Shown here: in pieces, positions 27,561 to 36,221 of the stretch
Layout of the letters: each line of letters starts with the position of its first letter
How positions within the stretch are numbered: position 1 is the first letter of the stretch
Assembly: GCA_030017685.1 (NCBI GenBank)
Contig: JASEHH010000007.1
Location: 1,824-65,823, forward strand
Source: Thermodesulfobacteriota bacterium
Lineage (GTDB): Bacteria > Desulfobacterota > BSN033 > UBA1163
Direction: 5' to 3'
Length of the DNA: 64,000 nt
Position numbers and translations under genes: made by a program
Notes under the pieces: model-generated
Told to the model about the DNA's origin: nothing
Seen by the model: only the letters and a program-made list of their open reading frames with translations
Databases searched by the model: none

Positions 27561-28120
27561 TTCTGGTTATCGATAATTATGACTCCTTTACATATAACCT
27601 GGTTCAATACCTCGGTGAACTGGGATCAACATGCGTAGTCTATCGGAACGATGAGATCGATCTTCAGACCATCGAAGAGAAGAATCCGAACCATCTGGTC
27701 ATCTCCCCGGGCCCTTGCACCCCAAGAGAAGCGGGCATCTCCGTACAGGCAATCCTCCGGATGGCCGGGAAGATTCCCATTCTCGGAGTCTGCCTGGGAC
27801 ATCAGTGTTTGGGGGCTGCTTTCGGAGGAGAGATCGTTCAGGCCAAACGCCTGATGCATGGGAAAGGTTCTCTAATCTATCATGATGGAAAGACGATCTA
27901 TAAAGACCTTCCTAACCCTTTTCAGGCCATCCGGTATCACTCGCTTCTCATTGAGCGAAAGAGCCTGCCAGATTGCCTGGAGATTTCTGCGGAGACTCAA
28001 GAAGGGGAGATTATGGGCGTGAGGCACAAACGATTTTCCATCGAAGGGGTCCAATTCCACCCCGAATCAATCATGACGGAAGGAGGAAAAATCCTTCTTA
28101 AGAATTTCTTAGAAATATAA
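27557..28120 (+). CDS. trpG: anthranilate synthase component II (glutamine amidotransferase)
   Basis: MILVIDNYDSFTYNLVQYL, GVCLGHQ and HPES triad. Confidence 0.9.
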   Translation: MILVIDNYDSFTYNLVQYLGELGSTCVVYRNDEIDLQTIEEKNPNHLVISPGPCTPREAGISVQAILRMAGKIPILGVCLGHQCLGAAFGGEIVQAKRLMHGKGSLIYHDGKTIYKDLPNPFQAIRYHSLLIERKSLPDCLEISAETQEGEIMGVRHKRFSIEGVQFHPESIMTEGGKILLKNFLEI

Positions 28121-28393
28121 TCCCCCCATCCCCCCCTTTCGGAGAGGGTGTCGTAATGGAGTTAATGGGCAACTCTTGGCAGAGCAGGTGGTCGGGTTCC
28201 TCACCTTTAGAATGCGGGTCTTTTAAGTTAGAGGGAAGAGGACTTTTAGATAATTCAATGTTTTCATAAGTTTGGAGCGACAGAGCTTAACAACGAAAGG
28301 TTTCCGCTCTAAAGGTTCGTCACCCAACCACCCGCTCCGCCTCTTATATAGGTGGCTTTTGGTGGATTATGACACAGTCTCCAAAGGGGGGGA
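28121..28393. repeat. MITE-like element, family B, copy 1 (inverted ends CCCCCCCTTTCGGAGAGGGTGTCGTAAT / ATTATGACACAGTCTCCAAAGGGGGGG)
   Basis: Fills the entire trpG-trpD intergenic spacer. Its terminal inverted repeats match those of the element at 30219-30454. Confidence 0.5.
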
Positions 28394-28409
28394 TTAGAAT
28401 TAGAGGAGG

Positions 28410-29435
28410 ATGGCCATGTTTAAAGAGCTCATTAAACGATTGGTGGAAGGGAAGGACTTAAGGGAAGATGAGGCTTATGAGGCCATGTCATCCATCATGG
28501 ACGGGAAAGCCCTGCCCACCCAGATCGCTTCGTTTCTCACTGCCCTGAGGATGAAGGGGGAGACGGTCCCGGAGATTACCGGATTCGCACGGGCGATGAG
28601 AGCCCGAGCTCTCCCGATCCGATCAGCGAACGGGGAATATGTTGTGGACACTTGTGGTACCGGTGGGGATGGAAACAACACCTTTAACATTTCCACTGCT
28701 GTGGCTTTCGTTGCCGCTGGCAGTGGGTTAACCGTGGCCAAACATGGGAACCGTTCGGTGTCGAGCCAGTGCGGAAGCGCTGATGTTTTGGAGGCTTTAG
28801 GGGTTAACATCAATCTCGTCCCTGAGAGGGTGGAGCGTTGTTTGCTGGAGGTCGGCATGGCTTTTCTCTTTGCCCCTCTTTTTCATCCCGCCATGATGTA
28901 CGCCATCGGCCCACGAAGGGAGATGGGATTCCGCACGGTCTTCAACCTCCTCGGCCCCCTGACCAATCCAGCCGGAGCCAACGTTCAGGTTATAGGGGTT
29001 TACCGTAAGGATCTCGTTGGGCCAATCGCGGAGGTATTGAGAAATCTCGGATGCAAAGGAGCCCTGGTCGTCCATGGAGAGGATCATTGCGATGAGATCA
29101 GCATTACGGGGAAAACATTCATTGTCCAGCTTCAGAGGGGGAGGATTGAAAGTTATGAGGTTGAGCCCGAAGATATCGGCCTGAAGAGGAGGACCTTAGA
29201 GCAGATCCGGGGGGGAGGAGCGCAGGAGAATAAAAATATTCTCCTGGAGATTTTGGAGGGAGTCCATGGCCCCAGGCGGGAGGTTGTCCTTTTAAATGCA
29301 TCGGCTGTCTTTATGGCCGCAGAAAGGGTTTCAAACTTAAGGGACGGAATGGAAATGGCTGAAGAGTCCATTGACTCGGGCCGGGCAATGAGAAAACTTA
29401 AAGAGCTCATCCAATTTACGAATCGTGAGGGGTGA
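28410..29435 (+). CDS. trpD: anthranilate phosphoribosyltransferase
   Basis: GTGGDG and HGNRSVSS motifs, and about 340 aa. Confidence 0.9.
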   Translation: MAMFKELIKRLVEGKDLREDEAYEAMSSIMDGKALPTQIASFLTALRMKGETVPEITGFARAMRARALPIRSANGEYVVDTCGTGGDGNNTFNISTAVAFVAAGSGLTVAKHGNRSVSSQCGSADVLEALGVNINLVPERVERCLLEVGMAFLFAPLFHPAMMYAIGPRREMGFRTVFNLLGPLTNPAGANVQVIGVYRKDLVGPIAEVLRNLGCKGALVVHGEDHCDEISITGKTFIVQLQRGRIESYEVEPEDIGLKRRTLEQIRGGGAQENKNILLEILEGVHGPRREVVLLNASAVFMAAERVSNLRDGMEMAEESIDSGRAMRKLKELIQFTNREG

Positions 29436-30217
29436 TGAAGATGTTTCTAAGAAAAATCGTCGAGAAAAAAAAGGAAGAGGTCGAAGTGAGAAAAAAGATC
29501 TTCTCCATTAGGGAGAGGGAGGAAGGGATTTCAAACCTTTCCCTTCCCCGGGATTTGATGGAGGCGATCTCTCAACATGCCCCCATGGCACTCATTGCTG
29601 AAATTAAGTTTGCCTCCCCCTCTGCCGGAGTGATCAAGACGGATGGAGATCCTCGCCAAATCGCAAGCGAATATGAGTCGGCAGGAGCCTCAGCCATTTC
29701 GGTTCTCACAGAACCCAATTTTTTCAAAGGGGATCTTTCCTATCTGGGCTTGGTGAAAGAGAAAACCTCCCTCCCCGTCCTTCAAAAGGATTTCATCATC
29801 GATCCTTTCCAGATTTTTGAAGGAAGGGCCGCGGGGGCGGATGCAGTCCTTCTCATCGCTGCCATTCTCGATCGAGAACAACTCAACGATTTTGTGGACC
29901 TGGCAACAAGCCTCCGGATGGTCCCTCTGGTTGAAATTCACGATGAGGACGATCTTGAAAAGATATCAACTCTCTCTCTTCCTCTGATAGGGATTAATAA
30001 CAGGAACTTGAAAACGTTTGAAGTTGACCTAAGGACGACCCTTCGGCTAAAGAAGGAGATTTCCTCGAGATCAAAAGTGATCAGTGAGAGCGGAATTAAG
30101 AGTTCCCATGAGGTGAGAGTACTTAGAGAAGCAGGAGTGGATGGCATTCTGGTGGGAGAGATTTTGATGAGAAGTTCCGATCCCACCTCAAAAATTAAGG
30201 AGCTTCTCAAGGGATGA
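29435..30217 (+). CDS. trpC: indole-3-glycerol phosphate synthase
   Basis: ALIAEIKFASPSAG and LLIAAIL motifs. Its start overlaps the trpD stop. Confidence 0.85.
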   Translation: MKMFLRKIVEKKKEEVEVRKKIFSIREREEGISNLSLPRDLMEAISQHAPMALIAEIKFASPSAGVIKTDGDPRQIASEYESAGASAISVLTEPNFFKGDLSYLGLVKEKTSLPVLQKDFIIDPFQIFEGRAAGADAVLLIAAILDREQLNDFVDLATSLRMVPLVEIHDEDDLEKISTLSLPLIGINNRNLKTFEVDLRTTLRLKKEISSRSKVISESGIKSSHEVRVLREAGVDGILVGEILMRSSDPTSKIKELLKG

Positions 30218-30218
30218 C

Positions 30219-30454
30219 CACCCCCACCCATCCCTCCCCCCTCGGGAGACTGTGTCGCAATTGGGGAAATGGTCAAAAATGTCATGCTTTGAACCAGGTG
30301 CTGAACTTGTTTCAGTATTGTTTCAGCATCTCATAGAATCAACTACTTACGAGACCCTGAAATAAATTCAGGGTGACAAAATAATTATTACGACACAGTC
30401 TCTCGGAAGGGGAGGGTGAGCCTGCCTGCCGCAGGCAGGGGTGGGGGAGGAGAA
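30219..30454. repeat. MITE-like element, family B, copy 2, inserted at the trpC/trpF junction and flanked by direct repeat GATGA(CC)
   Basis: Left end CCACCCCCACCCATCCCTCCCCCCTCGGGAGACTGTGTCGCAAT. The right end is its inverted complement. The left flanking repeat contains the trpC TGA stop and the right one contains the trpF ATG. Confidence 0.55.
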
Positions 30455-30455
30455 G

Positions 30456-31088
30456 ATGACCTGGATTAAGATCTGCGGGATCACTAATATTGAAGACGGC
30501 TTAGAGGCTGTTTCGCTGGGAGTTAATGCACTGGGCTTTATCTTCGCTCCCAGCCCGAGAAGGGTTGAGCCTTCTGTAGCGAAGGAGATCATTTCGGTTC
30601 TTCCTGAAACGCTTTTAAAAGTGGGAGTCTTTGTGAATGAAGATCCGGAAGAAGTCCTGCGAGTTGCTGAATATTGTGGCCTCAATGTCCTTCAATTTCA
30701 TGGACAGGAGTCACAGGAGTATTGTCAGAAATTTTTTATTCCGGTCTTCAAGGCCATTCGCATAAAGAATTTGGAAAGCTTAAAAGATATTGAGAATTAT
30801 CACGATGTGACCATCCTTCTTGATACCTACAGTCCTGTACAAGCGGGTGGAACGGGGAATCCCTTTCCAGGGGAGATCGCACTAAAAGCGAAAGAGGAAA
30901 GAGACTTTATCCTCTCCGGAGGACTGAGCCCATCGAATGTGGGAGAAGCCATCAAGAAAGTGAGGCCCATGGGAGTGGATGTTTGCTCAGGTGTGGAGGT
31001 AACTCCGGGAAAGAAAGATCCATTAAAAATGAGGGATTTTATAAAGGAGGTCAGAAAAGCGGATGAGCAGGATCGATCAAACATTTAA
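30456..31088 (+). CDS. trpF: phosphoribosylanthranilate isomerase
   Basis: MTWIKICGITNIEDGLEAVSLGVNALGFIF is typical of PRAI. Confidence 0.85.
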   Translation: MTWIKICGITNIEDGLEAVSLGVNALGFIFAPSPRRVEPSVAKEIISVLPETLLKVGVFVNEDPEEVLRVAEYCGLNVLQFHGQESQEYCQKFFIPVFKAIRIKNLESLKDIENYHDVTILLDTYSPVQAGGTGNPFPGEIALKAKEERDFILSGGLSPSNVGEAIKKVRPMGVDVCSGVEVTPGKKDPLKMRDFIKEVRKADEQDRSNI

Positions 31089-31878
31089 AAAATTGAAAAA
31101 TAAATTTCGGGCGGCTTTGATCCCTTTTATCGTTGCCGGTGATCCGGATCTCGGTACAACAGAGGCGCTCATATTCAAAATGGTCGAAAACGGAGCGGAT
31201 ATGATCGAACTGGGCGTCCCTTTTCCAGAGCCGATTGCAGATGGCCCCACCATTCAGGCGACACACAAGCGAGCCCTCCAAAATGGAATCGGTCTAAAAG
31301 AGATACTCCGTATGACAGAGAGATTAAGAGACAGAATCCCACCTCTGATCCTGATGACCTACTTAAACCCTGTCTTAGAGTATGGCCTAAGAGATTTTGC
31401 AAAGGACTGCAAAGAGAATGGCGTCGATGGAGTCATTATCCCTGATCTAACTCCTGAAGAAGCAATGAAATGGGTCCGGGAAGCCCGAAGAACCGATTTA
31501 GACACTATTTTTCTTATTAACCCGGACAGTCCACTAGAACTTGTGAGATGGGCGAGCCGATCCAGTCGTGGATTTATTTACTATGCCACGGTGGCCGGTG
31601 CCACCGGTATAAGAGAGACTTTGCCAGAAGATCTCGAACGGTCTGTCAAGCGAATAAAAGAACAGAGTCAGAAGCCGGTGGCCGTCGGCTTCGGCATTTC
31701 CACTCCGGAACAGGCGAAGACGATCAGCCGTTTTGCTGATGGAGTTGTTGTGGGAAGCGCGATTGTGAAGATCATCGAGGAGAACCTCAAAAATCCGAAT
31801 ATGGTTAAAAGAGTAGGAGATTTCCTTGCCTCTTTTGCCAGGGCATTAAAAGGAAGTGGAAGGGAAATTAAATCATGA
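31063..31878 (+). CDS. trpA: tryptophan synthase alpha chain
   Basis: ALIPFIVAGDPDLGTT..ADMIELGVPFPEPIADGP motif. Confidence 0.9.
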   Translation: MSRIDQTFKKLKNKFRAALIPFIVAGDPDLGTTEALIFKMVENGADMIELGVPFPEPIADGPTIQATHKRALQNGIGLKEILRMTERLRDRIPPLILMTYLNPVLEYGLRDFAKDCKENGVDGVIIPDLTPEEAMKWVREARRTDLDTIFLINPDSPLELVRWASRSSRGFIYYATVAGATGIRETLPEDLERSVKRIKEQSQKPVAVGFGISTPEQAKTISRFADGVVVGSAIVKIIEENLKNPNMVKRVGDFLASFARALKGSGREIKS

Positions 31879-32528
31879 TCCTATCTTTAGCAACGATTGG
31901 AGGCATCTCATTTGTATTGGCCCTATCCGGGGCTCTTACACCTGGGCCCCTTTTGACGATCACTATTAGTGAGTCAATGAGAAGAGGATTTATCACGGGT
32001 CCCTTACTCATTTTAGGCCATGGGATTTTGGAATTGACCTTGATCGTAGCCATTGTGAATGGGTTAGGGACTTTTTTAAAGAAAGGTCCTGTCATGGGCA
32101 CTGTGGCCATCATCGGTGGGCTGGTCCTTCTTTGGATGGGTTGGAAAATGGTTAAAGAGACTAAAGGAGTTTACCTTTCCTTTAAAGAACGGCCAGTTGA
32201 AAGATCGAAAACCTTACATCCGGTTTGGAGTGGCATTCTTGTCAGTCTCTCTAACCCTTACTGGTCCCTTTGGTGGGCCACTGTGGGGCTGAGCTATATG
32301 ATGACCGCCATGGAATATGGATTAATGGGTTTGATTGTCTTTTTTGTGGGTCACATATCGGCTGATTTCCTCTGGTTCAGTTTGGTCTCCTATGGAGTTA
32401 GCACCGGACGGAAAGTATTCAGTGAGAAATTATATCAGAGGATAGTGGAGGGCTGCGGACTTTTTCTACTCCTATTTGGAGTCTGGTTTCTTGTGGTGGG
32501 ATTGAGATATTTTTTTCGCTTAGGATAG
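31875..32528 (+). CDS. LysE/RhtB family amino-acid exporter
   Basis: A 217-aa polytopic membrane protein with the LysE-type N-terminus (TPGP). Confidence 0.7.
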   Translation: MILSLATIGGISFVLALSGALTPGPLLTITISESMRRGFITGPLLILGHGILELTLIVAIVNGLGTFLKKGPVMGTVAIIGGLVLLWMGWKMVKETKGVYLSFKERPVERSKTLHPVWSGILVSLSNPYWSLWWATVGLSYMMTAMEYGLMGLIVFFVGHISADFLWFSLVSYGVSTGRKVFSEKLYQRIVEGCGLFLLLFGVWFLVVGLRYFFRLG

Positions 32529-32744
32529 AAGCTACAGAGTAAAAAGAAAAGATCCTCCTATGGGTATGGTCATTTAATAGTATTTTTCAAGACAAAAAAT
32601 GTCACTATTTTGCATCCCGTAAAATTTTAATTTTTAATTTAGCCAATAGAAATCAAAGGGTTTCCTTATTTTATCTCTTTTGGTATTAAAGTTGCTAATA
32701 TATTAACCAGGATAAATTTTTTTACATTATAGATTTGTCGATAA

Positions 32745-33010
32745 AGCCAAACCACGAGCAATCGTGGGGCGCCTGCCGCCGTAACGGTGGGGGGGCCCGC
32801 CGCTCCAGAAATGTGGAGGCGGGGAAAGCCACGCCTGCGTGCCGAAACGCCTGGCTACCGCAGGCAGGCAAATCAGCATGCGGGAGTGCTTGTAAGCCGA
32901 TACGCCAACCTAACATTGGCAGCACTACGGCATGCAGGCACGGGTCCCTCAGGGAAGCCGGGTTGCCGAAGCGAAAGGAATTTTGCGGCCCGTGGTCTAT
33001 ATTGACACGG
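32745..33010. ncRNA. GC-rich, highly self-complementary intergenic element of unknown class (candidate structured RNA)
   Basis: About 62% GC and roughly 265 nt, sitting in an AT-rich spacer. It contains several nested hairpins (CCACGAgcaaTCGTGG, GCCTGCG..CGCAGGC, GCATGCGGGAGTGC..GCACTACGGCATGC, GCCAA..TTGGC, CCGTGG..CACGGG). There is no credible ORF here. The overlapping ORFs on both strands are artefacts of the GC-rich sequence. Confidence 0.3.
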
Positions 33011-33082
33011 GCTTTTCTCTTTAAGAAACTCTTCAAACAAGAAGCAAATGAAGCAGAATGAACTTCACAAAAGGGGGATAAG

Positions 33083-34192
33083 ATGGCAGAGAATAACGTA
33101 GAAAAAAAAATATCCGTTTTAGAAAATTTTCTACCTGAGCTTGTCCACAGATTAAATAACCATCTGGGGTCTATACTCGGATATGGCCAGCTTTTACTGC
33201 CTAAAATGACTGATTCAGAGTCGAAGAAATATCTGGAGAGGATCATTGAGGAAGCTCATCGCTCATCTCACGTCATTAAAGACCTCGTGGACTTTATAAG
33301 AAAAAGAAAACCACAAAAAGAAGTTATTGATCTTAACGAGTTAATTGAGTCTGTACTTAAAATGAAAATCCGGGAATTAGATGCCAGGAGGATTGAAGTG
33401 GTAAAGGAATTGTCCCCATCTATTCCCCTTACTCTGGTTGATCCGAAACAAATCCAGGTGGCTTTAGCCAATCTTATTAACAATGCTGAAGAGACGATAA
33501 CGGAATTCCACGGATTTGGTGAAATCAGAGTAAAAACCTGTGAGATGGAGGGTCAGATAGAGATAGTTATCTCGGATGACGGACCTGGAATACCAGCAGA
33601 AAACATTTCTAAAATCTTCGACCCCTTTTGTATGACGATTAAGGGTAGAGGGACTGGACTTGAGCTTACGATTTCTCATGACACGGTCATCGAACATGGT
33701 GGCACAATGATTGTGGAAAGTGAATGGGGAAAGGGAACAACCTTCATTATTACCCTTCCGATCGCTGAAGGTGAAAAGAAAAAGGGGGAGGGGAAACGTA
33801 CTGAAATGAATCTAAGGGGACTGAAAGGGTTAGTGATCGATGATGAACGCACATTTCTCGATGTCGTTTCTAAATATTCGGAACTTATGGGATGTAAGAT
33901 CACTACGGCCTTGGATGCCAAGACAGCTTTAGCAAGCATTGAGAGTGAGGACTTTGACTTTGTGATCTGCGATATAAGAATGCCGAAGATGAGTGGAATC
34001 GAATTTTACGGCATTATAAAAGAAAAGAAACCCTCTTTAAAGGACCGAATCATCTTTTCTACAGGCGATGTCCTGAGTGATACGACACGTGAATTCATGG
34101 AATCGATCGACAATCCCTGCATAGAAAAGCCTTTTGACATGAGTGCACTTAAGGAGGTTATTATTAAAATTGTTGGAAACAACAGAAATTAA
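33083..34192 (+). CDS. cytoplasmic hybrid histidine kinase (HisKA + HATPase_c + C-terminal receiver)
   Basis: An H-box (LNNHLGSILGY), ATPase G-boxes (DDGPGIP, GTGLEL) and a receiver domain with a conserved D (DFVICDIRMPKMSG). Confidence 0.8.
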   Translation: MAENNVEKKISVLENFLPELVHRLNNHLGSILGYGQLLLPKMTDSESKKYLERIIEEAHRSSHVIKDLVDFIRKRKPQKEVIDLNELIESVLKMKIRELDARRIEVVKELSPSIPLTLVDPKQIQVALANLINNAEETITEFHGFGEIRVKTCEMEGQIEIVISDDGPGIPAENISKIFDPFCMTIKGRGTGLELTISHDTVIEHGGTMIVESEWGKGTTFIITLPIAEGEKKKGEGKRTEMNLRGLKGLVIDDERTFLDVVSKYSELMGCKITTALDAKTALASIESEDFDFVICDIRMPKMSGIEFYGIIKEKKPSLKDRIIFSTGDVLSDTTREFMESIDNPCIEKPFDMSALKEVIIKIVGNNRN

Positions 34193-34463
34193 GCGAACTC
34201 TTACCAAATCATTCTTATCAGTTAAGGGTATCCTGGCCGTCTTTTTCCTACCAAAATTGTAAACTTTAAAACAAAAATGTCTTTTCCCAGAATAATTTCG
34301 ATTTTTAATTCTTATCCAAAAATTGGATTTTTACTTAGAAATTAAATACTTACGCAATCGAAACCATTAAACCTATTAATTTGGCATATATTTTGCTTTC
34401 AATTAAAGTAAGATAAAACAAATTATAACAAAATGGGGTGAGTTAATGGCGGCAATGTCGGCA

Positions 34464-34667
34464 ATGAAAGATGATAACGTTTTAACCACAGATGAGGCAG
34501 CCCAATACCTGAAAATCTCAAAAGCAACTTTATTAAACCATATCCATCAGAGGAAGATAAAGGCTAAGAAAGTAGGAAGGAGTTGGAGAGTTCTCCAATC
34601 AGAAATATACCGATTTTTAAAGGAAGAGGAAGGAAAATCATATCATAGAAGTGACTTTCGAGATTAG
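34464..34667 (+). CDS. excisionase-family helix-turn-helix DNA-binding protein (start 34446 or 34464)
   Basis: LTTDEAAQYLKISKATLLNHIHQRKIKAKKVGRSWRV fits the MerR/excisionase-type HTH_17 pattern. Confidence 0.55.
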   Translation: MKDDNVLTTDEAAQYLKISKATLLNHIHQRKIKAKKVGRSWRVLQSEIYRFLKEEEGKSYHRSDFRD

Positions 34668-35183
34668 CTTGGGAGTACAAGAATGCAATCGACTATAAAA
34701 GGTATTTAGGGGGACTAAATGCTCTTAAGATTAGCGGCACAAAACTTGCTTCTCTCTCCCTCCTCTCTCTTCTCTTGTTGCCTGCCTAAAACGCACGATC
34801 TCTCTCACCTTAATTGGAATTAAGGGGGTGAGCGAGGAGTTGGAACTATCTGTTTTCATTATATCTAAAAAATTGCTTCATACCTTAAACCTTAATATAA
34901 CAGAAAAAAATAAGACAGTTTTTGTGGAGGAATTCATGGATCGCTTTTTCACCGGGCATTTTTGAACAGATGGGGCAAGATCAGTATTGCTTTGCTTATA
35001 ATCTGAATTGTGATTGTGGCTGGTTTAAGGATTGTTATTTCAGTGAGAAACTATCTATAAGGAAAGAATTCCAAAACAGGACATTCAAGTAAGGCGGCTG
35101 CCTGCCTGAGTTGATCAAAAGATTTTTGGGATGAGACACTTAATCTGTGTAATCAGATAATCTTTTCCCATGGAGAAGACAAA

Positions 35184-36215
35184 ATGAGCGGCGAAGTTAA
35201 AACAAAAAAGTTATTCCAATATACATATCTTCTTTTGATAGGGGGAGTCATAGCGCTACTGGTTGGTTATTTTTGGCTCAGTCAGAAACAACAAAGACCA
35301 GGTGAGCCGCTTGAAAAAGTAACCCTTGCTGAACCAACCCAACCAAGTGCGGGACCTGTATATATCGCTTACATAAAAGGCTACTTCAAAGATGAAGGGC
35401 TTGATGTAACGCTTCAACCTCACACATCAGGAAAGGCCGCCCTCAATGCAGTATTGGAGGGAAAAGCAGATTTAGCAGTTGTTGCAGAAACCCCGATCAT
35501 GTTTGCTGTGATGAGGGGAGAGAAAATATACGCGATAGCTACACTATTTACCTCGGAGAAAAATATGGCGATTATTGCGAGAAAGGATAGGAAAATTTCT
35601 CTACCCGCCGACCTTAAAGGCAAAAGAATTGGAGTGAGTATCGGGACAAATGGAGAGTTCTTCATGGATGCGCTCTTAGTGATGCATGGAATACCTGTGA
35701 AAGAAGTTAAAGCAGTTAGTTTGACACCGGAGGAAATGTTTGACTCTTTAGTAAAAGGTGAAGTTGATGCCGTATCAACCTGGCACCCCCACCTGATCCG
35801 CTTACAAAAGAAATTTGGTGAAAGGGCAATAACATTCTACGGCGATGGGATATATACCTGGACATTTAACGTCGCTGTCATGCAAGAGTTTGCTCATAAA
35901 AATCCAGAAGTTATTCAAAGGGTTCTCCGGACTCTGATTAAGGCGGTAGAATTTATTAGAGAAAATCCAGATGAATCGCGCAAGATCATAGCAGACTATA
36001 TCAGGATGGATGAATCCCTGCTTCGTGAACTATGGGGCATCTATAACTTCGGCATAACGCTGGAACAATCTCTTTTAATAAACTTAGAGAATCAAACGCG
36101 ATGGGCAATAAAGAACAAGTTAACCGATAAAACAAAGGTTCCAAACTACCTTAATTTTATCTATCTTGACGGGTTGAAGGCGGTGAAACCTGAAGCGGTG
36201 ACAATTATCAGGTGA
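35184..36215 (+). CDS. membrane-anchored NMT1/THI5/SsuA-like periplasmic substrate-binding protein (copy 1)
   Basis: N-terminal transmembrane helix followed by an ABC-type substrate-binding fold. It is 100% identical at the protein level to the ORF at 62762..63793 on the minus strand. Confidence 0.7.
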   Translation: MSGEVKTKKLFQYTYLLLIGGVIALLVGYFWLSQKQQRPGEPLEKVTLAEPTQPSAGPVYIAYIKGYFKDEGLDVTLQPHTSGKAALNAVLEGKADLAVVAETPIMFAVMRGEKIYAIATLFTSEKNMAIIARKDRKISLPADLKGKRIGVSIGTNGEFFMDALLVMHGIPVKEVKAVSLTPEEMFDSLVKGEVDAVSTWHPHLIRLQKKFGERAITFYGDGIYTWTFNVAVMQEFAHKNPEVIQRVLRTLIKAVEFIRENPDESRKIIADYIRMDESLLRELWGIYNFGITLEQSLLINLENQTRWAIKNKLTDKTKVPNYLNFIYLDGLKAVKPEAVTIIR

Positions 36216-36221
36216 TGAATT

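Noticed and set aside
28121-28393. Target-site duplication for MITE family B copy 1
   Set aside because: No clean direct repeat is visible at its flanks, unlike copy 2. Only the terminal inverted repeats support the call.
32745-33010. RNase P RNA, tmRNA, cobalamin or c-di-GMP riboswitch identity for the GC-rich element
   Set aside because: The RNase P-like motifs are in the wrong order and the invariant AGUCCGG of helix P4 is absent. There is no tmRNA tag ORF or T-arm, no GCCACUG B12 box, and GEMM-like fragments are in reversed order. The class remains unknown.
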